Position numbers and translations under genes: made by a program
Source: Nitrospirota bacterium
GTDB taxonomy: Bacteria > Nitrospirota > UBA9217
Direction: 5' to 3'
Assembly: GCA_963737155.1 (NCBI GenBank)
Contig: CAVTRN010000002.1
Coordinates: forward strand, 448,001 to 512,000
Length of the DNA stretch: 64,000 nucleotides
The notes under the pieces: model-generated
The model's database searches: none
What the model was told of the DNA's origin: nothing
Seen by the model: the letters and a program-made list of their open reading frames with translations, nothing else
Part shown: positions 43,775-51,752 of the stretch, piece by piece
How the letters are laid out: each line of letters starts with the position of its first letter
Position numbering within the stretch: position 1 is the stretch's first letter

Positions 43775-44626
43775 TCATAAGCGCATTTGCAAACCCAGGT
43801 AGAAAAGTAGAACCGGCTCGTCTCCTGTGACTTTACTGAGGAGGCTCCTGCCAGCCGAAGCTAAAAGGCCGTATTTCTTCGTAAAGTCCCATTGAGTGCC
43901 AATATTGAAAACTGCATTATCTCTTTTGAACTCTTTCGTAGTTAAGCCATGAATTTCACCCAGAATAGTAAGGTTTTTCCGAATATCTACGCCAATGAAA
44001 AATCCGTACAGCCATTCATCTTCATGATGTTTCTCGAATGTATAGCCGATCTCTCCGTCTACCAAAACCGGACCAATTTTTTTTGATACCTCGACGGGGA
44101 GAAGCAAGTTTGTATTATCCTCAGCAAGCCCTCTATTTACAGAAGATGTCAGGGAATTGAACTCGATCTGAGGATAGGTAGACATATTTACTCCATGCTG
44201 TTCCTCATCAAGAAACCGCCATTTAACACCAAAATTCGAATTGCCCAGCCCGCTTTGTGTTCCGATTCCCTGCTCATGGAGAATCAGCCAGGGGATTTCA
44301 TATTTTATTTGGATATTGTCCCCTACACCGTAATTTAGGTCAAGGTTAGGAGCTTCATACGTTGATTCAGTTAGAAGTTTGTCGAGGGTGAGGGCTACGT
44401 TGATTTCCCAGCGTTTATCTCCAGGTGTGTCAGGGTCGTCAGTAAGGAGTGGGGGACTCGCAAAAGCCGGCACTACCATTAAGAAGAGAAGGAATACAAC
44501 AATGCAAAAAAGACAACTAATGTTATGTCTCTTTTTACCGTTGAGGCAAGAACCGTGCTGTGGAACCAGGTTTTGCCGAAGACGAATGAATGGTCGCAGT
44601 GCCTCTAAAGATCGTATATAAGGCAT
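43775..44626 (-). CDS. Putative outer-membrane beta-barrel protein
   Basis: Signal peptide AFA|SPPLLTDDPDTP, amphipathic beta strands and terminal YLGLQMRL; true start uncertain. Confidence 0.7.
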   Translation of the reverse strand: MPYIRSLEALRPFIRLRQNLVPQHGSCLNGKKRHNISCLFCIVVFLLFLMVVPAFASPPLLTDDPDTPGDKRWEINVALTLDKLLTESTYEAPNLDLNYGVGDNIQIKYEIPWLILHEQGIGTQSGLGNSNFGVKWRFLDEEQHGVNMSTYPQIEFNSLTSSVNRGLAEDNTNLLLPVEVSKKIGPVLVDGEIGYTFEKHHEDEWLYGFFIGVDIRKNLTILGEIHGLTTKEFKRDNAVFNIGTQWDFTKKYGLLASAGRSLLSKVTGDEPVLLFYLGLQMRL

Positions 44627-44711
44627 GTTTTTTTGGCAAACCCAAGCATATTATCCATCGGTGTGTTCGTTTGTTCCAGGGCTAATATATTGAAAGTCCA
44701 TTGATCCTGAC

Positions 44712-45569
44712 CTAAAACTTATAGGTAATCAAAACGCCTCGTTCTTTCCCCTCTATCAATGGCACAAAGCCCAGGGTGCTCTTGTGAGAATGGGAGGCAA
44801 CAACCTCTTTACCCGTAAAATACGCTATTGCGGACCCTACAAAGACATCGGATGCCCAATGAGCATTCTCATGGAGCCGTTCGAAGCCTATGAGTAGAGA
44901 GGCCCCATACACCAAGGGGGGGACAATCATGTTATTATACTCTGTAGCAACAACGGTGGCTATTGAAAATGCCGAAGCGGCATCACCTGAGGGGAATGAC
45001 TGGTAGTCCCCGTTGGTCGTAAATCCAGTCCACGTATCGTGCGGGTCCCCTGTATAGGGGCGAGCCCTTCCCGCTGCGTGTTTCAAAACTTCAACAAAAG
45101 CGCCAGTAATAACAAAGCTTTCAGCAGACAGTAGAAATGTTGTCTTGGCTTTATCATCTGAAGCAATGTACCCGTAGGCACCGAGACCAACCACGACAGG
45201 CACAGAGTAAGTGCCTATCTTCTTGGCATCGTCTGAAAGGTTCTGAGTTGTTGCGTTATCGTGTTTTCGAAACCATGTCTTAATCTGCTCATCTTGCGTG
45301 TACAATCCCACAGCGACACCCGTAACGATGGACGCCTCCAGCCAGTCAGACGGGTTCCACCGTGCTGGCGATGTTAAGATATTCATGGTATCTGTCAAAT
45401 AGCCGGTGAAATAAGCCTTGTTTAGATCAACCGATGTCGTCCCCGAGGATGACAATTGGGCACTTTCCGCAGGAACTAGCGAATTGTCCGTGGCAAGAGC
45501 AGATGAAGTTGCGGTAAGAACCAGAAGAGCGACAATACCATATGTTCTCAAAAAATGAATGGACGACAT
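44712..45569 (-). CDS. PAP2-family phosphatase (lipid A / undecaprenyl-type)
   Basis: KHAAGRARP, SFPSGD and ERLHENAHWASDV. Confidence 0.85.
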   Translation of the reverse strand: MSSIHFLRTYGIVALLVLTATSSALATDNSLVPAESAQLSSSGTTSVDLNKAYFTGYLTDTMNILTSPARWNPSDWLEASIVTGVAVGLYTQDEQIKTWFRKHDNATTQNLSDDAKKIGTYSVPVVVGLGAYGYIASDDKAKTTFLLSAESFVITGAFVEVLKHAAGRARPYTGDPHDTWTGFTTNGDYQSFPSGDAASAFSIATVVATEYNNMIVPPLVYGASLLIGFERLHENAHWASDVFVGSAIAYFTGKEVVASHSHKSTLGFVPLIEGKERGVLITYKF

Positions 45570-45763
45570 TTACAAACTCCTATTGGAACAACAGAGTTCA
45601 AATATTTGTAACAGCATATTATAGCGAGTACATACAACATCGTGAGATTGCAACTCTTTTCTAAGTCAGCATGTAAAGATTAAGGTGATTTCGGCTAGTC
45701 CCCTGTATCCAGAATCTTTTTTCTTCGTTCGAATAGCTGTTCATTATTTTCGCCTGCTATCTA

Positions 45764-47467
45764 TCATTCCTGTCGGCAGTTTGCTGCCGGTCCGCCCGCT
45801 GTATAAGATAAAGACGTCGGTCTGTTGGATATGAGCAGTTTGTCTCCTTCCTCCCCCAAGACGTAGGAGCATTTAAGCACGCGTTCAAACTTCTGGTACT
45901 GTTCCCGGTCGATGACGCACAGGGCCCTTTTATTTGAAGCGAAATAGTTCAGCAGCTCTTGTTCACTGGAGAGAATGGCTGCCCTGCGATTCGTGTAGAA
46001 CAAGGCCGTATCTCTTATCCTTCCGAAAAAAACGAGCTTCTCCCCAGGAGGAAGCATACCGTCCATTTCCTTTGCCAGTGCCAGGGTAGAGCGATAGGGA
46101 TTGATAAGGGGAATATAAACCGTGTTGACAACGATGATCCCCACGACGAATGTCGCGGCTAGGGTCGCAAAGGAAGCACGGTAATGCCGGAAGACATGGA
46201 AGAAAAAGGCGACGGTCACGATGCCGGTGAACATAAGCAAGAAACCATACAGGTCATGAAGGTTTATTCCGTACTGCAGTTGTAACTTTATTACCTGCGG
46301 TTGGAACAGCATAATGAACGCCGTACCCGCCAGGAAGAAAACTGGCAGGGGTGCGAGGGACCAGGTAGTGCCTCGGTGCAAGCCGGGAGTCGGGGTCGTC
46401 ATGATTTCCTGCCAGGCCCTCCCGATCAGCAAAGCAGCCGCCGGTAATGCAGGCAGGATATAGGTGCCGAGTTTGGAGCTCGCCACAGAGAAGAAGAGGA
46501 AGATCACCAGGAACCAGCACAGAAGAAAAAGTACACCATCGTCGATCTTCTGCAGCTTCCTATTCAGGGGCCGGAGAAAGGCCAGGGGTATGAAACATGA
46601 CCACGGCAGCATGCCGCCAAGCAGGACTGGAATATAGTAATAAAAAGGCTGGAGATGATGGGCTTGCGTATTCGATAGGAAATTCCCGAAATTTAGCTTG
46701 AGAAAAAAATACGATAGATAATCCGGGTTTCTCATACTTATGAGCACGTACCAGGGTGCGGCGACGAGCAGAAAAATAAGTGTTCCCCATCCCAGGGACA
46801 TCTCCTTCAGGAAATTGAGTCTGCCCTTTACTAGGAGAAAGAGACCGATGATCATGCCTGGCAGCAGGAGCCCGATGGGCCCCTTGGCCAAGGCGGCGAA
46901 ACCCATCGCGGCATAACACAGAAACAGGCGTATCCGGCGATGCCGTTGATTGCTGAACGCGGCGTAAAAGAAATACAGGGCTAGGCTGATGAAGAAGGCC
47001 AGGGAGATGTCGTGCATCACCGTTCGGGAAAGGACGATGAACTCCGGGCTGGTGGCTAGGACCACGCCTGCCAGAAGACCGGCCCGGGAGCCAAACAATA
47101 GCCTTCCGAACGCGTAGCTCACGAGGACCGTCGCAAGACCGAGGACTGCGGCCGGTAGCCGTGCCGCAAATGCTGTGAACCCGAATACGACGAATGAGAT
47201 TGCGGCAAACCAGTTGAAGAGCACCGGCTTGTCATAAAAATTTACGCCGTTTGACTTGGTAGTGACCCAATCACCGGTCAAGACCATATCTTTTGATGTT
47301 GCGGCGTGCATGCCCTCATCGACATCCCACAAGGGTCTGTCGCCCAGTTGAAAGAACAAAACAACGATGCAGAGAGCGCACAGAACGAGAATGGAAAGAT
47401 AGTCCCGTTTCGTGATCCCCTGATCTAACCCTCCCTGCGCAGGAGATTCTGTTACCAATGAGAACAT
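45764..47467 (-). CDS. ArnT-like GT83/GT39 membrane glycosyltransferase
   Basis: WDVDEG, DKPVLFNW, ARLPAA, LAKGPIGLLLP and SSKLGTYILP; many TM helices. Confidence 0.88.
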   Translation of the reverse strand: MFSLVTESPAQGGLDQGITKRDYLSILVLCALCIVVLFFQLGDRPLWDVDEGMHAATSKDMVLTGDWVTTKSNGVNFYDKPVLFNWFAAISFVVFGFTAFAARLPAAVLGLATVLVSYAFGRLLFGSRAGLLAGVVLATSPEFIVLSRTVMHDISLAFFISLALYFFYAAFSNQRHRRIRLFLCYAAMGFAALAKGPIGLLLPGMIIGLFLLVKGRLNFLKEMSLGWGTLIFLLVAAPWYVLISMRNPDYLSYFFLKLNFGNFLSNTQAHHLQPFYYYIPVLLGGMLPWSCFIPLAFLRPLNRKLQKIDDGVLFLLCWFLVIFLFFSVASSKLGTYILPALPAAALLIGRAWQEIMTTPTPGLHRGTTWSLAPLPVFFLAGTAFIMLFQPQVIKLQLQYGINLHDLYGFLLMFTGIVTVAFFFHVFRHYRASFATLAATFVVGIIVVNTVYIPLINPYRSTLALAKEMDGMLPPGEKLVFFGRIRDTALFYTNRRAAILSSEQELLNYFASNKRALCVIDREQYQKFERVLKCSYVLGEEGDKLLISNRPTSLSYTAGGPAANCRQE

Positions 47468-47674
47468 TATAATACTGCTCCTTATATTGCGCCAATTCTG
47501 AGGAACCCATAAAAATCTGAATTAACCATGGGATCACCGCAGGCTCGGAGTAAACCAATTTAATAATTTATTTAACTGTCTCTGTGTGCCACAATGGCGG
47601 ATTTCTGACTTTATCAAATATACCGTATTTTAGCGTTCCATTTAGGTGTTTTCCGCGATGCTGGCGTGTACACA

Positions 47675-49089
47675 TGTTTTGCCTCAGTCGGAAGTGGACA
47701 GTGTAGCCATCTGAGTTAAGGGATATCCGGATGCCCCGGATCGGGCGCTTTTCTCATATACCTGCTGTCTCTTGACTCTGCGTTGTTCCCGGGCGGCTTC
47801 AAGCTTCTGATCCCGTTCTTTGAAAATCTCCTTATCCCTACCGTTCAGTTTGTCTGCGGGGGCGATGTAACCGATGGCGCTATGGAGTCGGACGGTGTTG
47901 TAGTGCTCGATGTACTCTGCCACAAGTCTCCTGGCTTCGTCAAGTGAGAGCGGTGTCTTCGGGCGAATGCATTCTCCTTTGATTGTTTTATGGAACCGCT
48001 CCAGTTTGCCGTTTGACTGCGGATAATAAGGCGACGTCCGTACATGCGTCATACCGGACAGCCGAATGAACTCTTTGAAGTCCTTGGCGATGAACTGTGG
48101 ACCGTTGTCCGATATGATCCGGGGACGCGCTTCCGGGAACTTCTCCTTTGCCTTTTGAAGGATGATCTCGATATCCGTCTCCTCCATCTTCTCCCGGATC
48201 TCCCAGTGGATGATAAAACGACTGCATCCGTCGAGAAAGCTGCACAAGTAGTAAAACGTGCCGCAAATGTTGATGTATGAAACGTCTACGTGCCAATGTT
48301 CGTGGGGCAGAAGCGGCTGAACAAAGCCGGTGCCCTTCTTGCTGGGTTTTTTGTTCCACCGCTCTAAAAGCCCTGCCTTTGAAAGAATACGCCATACACT
48401 GGCGGGGCTGACTGCAACCACGTTCCGGTCGAGCATCATGAACGTGAGCCGCCGGTAGCCTTCAAGCGGGTTATTGATGCAGAACTGAATAATTGCTTCT
48501 CGTTCCCATTCCTCCAGCCAAAAATCACGAGGGATGGGGGCATTATGCTCGTTGACCTTGCCGTAGCGTTTGATCCAGGTGTAGAATTTGCTCTTGCGGA
48601 CGGCAAGCCAGTCGATGAAATGTGTGATCGGGATGCCAGTCTTATCGTTCCATTTCTGGACAAAGTCAACGATAGCGTCTCTTGTATCATGGGGAACCCA
48701 GACGCCGGTTAAAGCTCCCCAAGTTCTTTTTTTAACTTTACATGCTCCTCCATCAGCTCGGACACTACTTCATTCTTTTTTTGGAGCTTCTCTTCAAGCT
48801 GTTGGATGCGCTTCTGATCTTTGCGGTTGGAGCCATTGGTGCCTCGAATGAATGCTGCCGAGGCATTCTCAAACAACTGCTTCTGCCAATCGTAGAAAAC
48901 TTTGGGCTGAAGATGGTACTCGTCGCACAAAACGGAAACAGCGACTCCTTCGGTCAAATGACGTTTGAGGATCATGACTTTTTCTTCGGGTGTGTAGTTG
49001 TGACGTTTCTTTTTCATGGACTTTCCTCCGTTCGAGATAGTAGTGTATCTCAAATCGGCTAAAAGTCCAGTTCACGCTGAGCCAAAACA
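47675..49089 (-). mobile_element. Complete IS3-family insertion sequence (1415 bp)
   Basis: IRs TGTTTTGCCTCAG.. and TGTTTTGGCTCAG..; 4-bp target duplication CACA (47671-47674 and 49090-49093). Confidence 0.93.
47684..49017 (-). CDS. IS3 transposase OrfAB via programmed -1 frameshift
   Basis: OrfA 48709-49017; slippery AAAAAAAG at 48726-48733; OrfB DDE motifs WHVD, SDNG and GKLERF. Confidence 0.9.
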
Positions 49090-49334
49090 CACAGAACGCC
49101 ATGTTGACCGACAGGTCCTAGATTAGACGCGAACCACGCACTCTCATGTGAATCTGTCTTGTGCGAAACCGCAGCCACGACGTTCTTTCTCCGCTCGATC
49201 AACGCGCGGAGACATTTGAATCCGATGTTTTGATAACCAAAGACAAGTATACACTGCTGTTCATGGTTACCCGCAGGCGTCCGCAAGGGATCGAACAATC
49301 GCGTGATGTGCAAGCTTTTATAGATATTGCAGTA

Positions 49335-49396
49335 TATCAGGAGGGATAGGACAGGAACATGACAGGAAGATTACAATTTTGTTATCTTGTTACTGC
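49335..49396 (-). promoter_or_regulatory. CusR/CopR-type operator and promoter, copy 2
   Basis: Ungapped 51/62 match to 41191-41252, including GATTACAATTTTGTTATC; lies upstream of the arnA remnant and arnT. Confidence 0.65.
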
Positions 49397-49754
49397 CACC
49401 GGCGTTGGACAAAGCAATGCATTATATTAACAAATTATGGCGAATGCGGAGTAGTTAAAAAACTCATATAATAGATAGATAAAAAATTGGCTATACTATA
49501 TCTCAACAGACCTAAAAGCTGCTGTAACTGCTAAAAGAGCTGTCTAATTTAGATTGAATTAAATTAATCTGATAAAGTACGACTAAATTATGAGAATATC
49601 CACAGGTTTCAGGAAATTGTTATTTTTCGATTAATCGAAGCATAAAATACATTGAACCACACCACATTCAAAATGAATTGTTCAAAATGACTTTTCAGTT
49701 TATTGACTTGTCAATAAATACCATATTCCCAAGATGTTGCAACTCAATTCATTA

Positions 49755-49770
49755 AGGCATATTTCTTGCT
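49755..49770 (+). promoter_or_regulatory. Putative sigma-54 promoter
   Basis: AGGCATATTTCTTGCT has GG-N10-GC spacing and faces the NRPS gene across the IS110. Confidence 0.45.
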
Positions 49771-50019
49771 GCAATATAAGCGTTGAACTACGTTAAATGA
49801 CGGTGAATCAAGAACATGTACTTGGGCGTCCTTGATGCATAAGCTAAAATACGCTTTTTATGCCCGGAAAAGAGTTGTAGCGCTAGATGAAAAAATCAAT
49901 TGCATGAAATTACTATAAACTCAGGAACTTTAAAACTGATATGGTTGACAGTTGTCAATAGGGAAAATAGTCTCCTGCCCCTTTTTTTCAAAGGGTTCAT
50001 TGTTTCAATATGTTCCAAG

Positions 50020-50190
50020 GCGTAAGGAGGGACGGGGCCGACTTGTGCGACGTTTGATCACTCTGATATTCGCGGGTTTGACCGCAAGACCTTTCTTCGC
50101 CGCGGAGCTGCCTCGCTCTATTAACGGAAGTTCGGCATTGCCTTATTCCATAGTTTGGACGAGGATTCTCCGTAAACGTGGCCGCGTCCC
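50020..50190 (-). ncRNA. Bridge RNA / seekRNA of the IS1111-type element
   Basis: Four ordered guide segments AAACTAT, TAATAG, GTCT and ATATCAGA match the reconstructed target and circle-junction donor; boundaries approximate. Confidence 0.8.
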
Positions 50191-50465
50191 CGCTTATGCC
50201 TTGGAGGTTGTTTATTGTTTGCTTGCGTCCTCCTTTGTTTTGCCTCAGTCGTTTGAGTCGCCATTGTTACCGGGTGACTTCAAGTTTTTGATCCTGTTCT
50301 TTGGAAAGCTCGATGCTCCCGCCTATGTTGACGATTTGAGCGGTTTTTACCTTTGAGGGTTGATTTTTTCTTTCATAAATGCCCCAGGATTGATTTTCCA
50401 GAGACAGTCCATGCCAAGATACCCCCTCAAGTTTTGTGTGACGCCTTGTTCTTGGGTTAATCTTC

Positions 50466-51578
50466 TTATGCGCTCTGGAGATTCACTTCCCGGGCAATTG
50501 CCCATATGAAGCCGCATAGTTCCCTGGCAATGGCGGTTACCACCTTGTTCCTGGGCTTCCCTTTGGCCGTGAGTTTACGGAACCGTCCGCAGAGACGCAC
50601 CTGGGCTTTCCAGGAGATATCACAGATATTTTTCGGCAGCCCCTCCTGCCGCTTGAGGATTACCCGGCTCACTCGGGCCGGCAGACTGTAGGCTTGGGCC
50701 GCTTCAATCAATGCGCGCCTGACGTGGGTGTTTCCGGTTTTGGTGATAGCACCCCGTCTGGTGCTGTCGCCGCTGGAGTATTCGGAAGGGACCAATCCAA
50801 GGTATCCCATGAGCTGCTTGGGATTTTCAAAACGTCCCAAGTCTCCGATCTCGGCCATGGTGGTCGCGGCAGTTACATCCGCGATGCCGCGTAACGATTG
50901 GATTGCGAGTGCAACAGGGGCCGTTCGGCATGTGGGCATAAGCGTTTGAATCTGCTCCGTAAGCCGGGCCACACGCTCTGCGCATTCCTTCACCGTGTTG
51001 ATGTACTCTTGCAGCGTGATCTGCTGTGCAGGGTGTGGCATCTTGATATCAGACAACCAGCGCATGTGGGCTTGGGTCCATGCGGTTTCTCCAGAGTAAC
51101 GGTGTCCATGCCGCAGGAGCATCGCGCCTAACCTCTGCCGGGCAGTGCGATGGGCCTTGACTGCGTCTTCGCGGCATCGGGTCAGGTCTCTCATGGCTTC
51201 ATCATCCTCTTGGGGCACGTAAACAGGAGTCAGTTCTCCGGCCCGATACAGCCTGGCTAGACTTTGCGCGTCACGACGATCGGTCTTGACGCGATCGCCG
51301 CTTTTCTTGGGAATCAGCGATGGTGCCACAACCGTGCATTTGTAACCTCTCTTGGTTAGATGGCGGTATATTTCGTAACCACACGGCCCGGCTTCATAGA
51401 CGAAGTGCAGTTCTGAGCCTTTGCTTTCAAGCTTTCTGACCATTTTGTCCAATGACGCCATGTCGCCGCCGATTTTGCCGTAGTAGCGAACCTCTTGGCT
51501 GCCGCCAAATTCGGCCGTTGCTACAGCTATGGAGTTTTTTGCTGAATCGAGTCCTACGATTGTGATAGAATCTTTCAT
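50466..51578 (-). CDS. IS110-family DEDD recombinase
   Basis: GLD, YEAG and KTDRRD (DEDD); YLGLVPSEYSSG (catalytic Ser region); RBS GGAGG before ATG 51578. Confidence 0.95.
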   Translation of the reverse strand: MKDSITIVGLDSAKNSIAVATAEFGGSQEVRYYGKIGGDMASLDKMVRKLESKGSELHFVYEAGPCGYEIYRHLTKRGYKCTVVAPSLIPKKSGDRVKTDRRDAQSLARLYRAGELTPVYVPQEDDEAMRDLTRCREDAVKAHRTARQRLGAMLLRHGHRYSGETAWTQAHMRWLSDIKMPHPAQQITLQEYINTVKECAERVARLTEQIQTLMPTCRTAPVALAIQSLRGIADVTAATTMAEIGDLGRFENPKQLMGYLGLVPSEYSSGDSTRRGAITKTGNTHVRRALIEAAQAYSLPARVSRVILKRQEGLPKNICDISWKAQVRLCGRFRKLTAKGKPRNKVVTAIARELCGFIWAIAREVNLQSA

Positions 51579-51752
51579 GACCTGCCTCCTTGTTTGTGGC
51601 TCTGTATTTGGACACCCATTGCATCCAAGTATAACCCACGGTGACAAGGGGCAGGTCACTTTTTCAACTGTCAACCATTATGTCTATTATCTACAATGCT
51701 TAGAGGCGAGTCAGACAACAATAAAGGTTGGCTTTCTATTTGAGATGCGAAA

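Larger units (their letters stand above)
47620..49264 (-). pseudogene. arnA: ArnA-like formyltransferase 5' remnant split by IS3
   Basis: ILVFGYQNIGFKCLRALIE..VVAAVSH..AWFAS..HGV before the IS and VYTPASRKTPKW after it, matching the ArnA N-terminus; extra frameshifts present. Confidence 0.68.
49938..51685 (-). mobile_element. Complete IS110-family (IS1111 group) element
   Basis: Perfect 14-bp sub-terminal IRs ATGGTTGACAGTTG (49941-49954) and CAACTGTCAACCAT (51665-51678), 3 and 7 bp from the ends; CT core at both junctions; long 3' non-coding region. Confidence 0.92.

Noticed and set aside
49952-50356. 134-aa plus-strand ORF
   Set aside because: It is antisense to the IS110 non-coding end and bridge RNA, with no recognisable domain.
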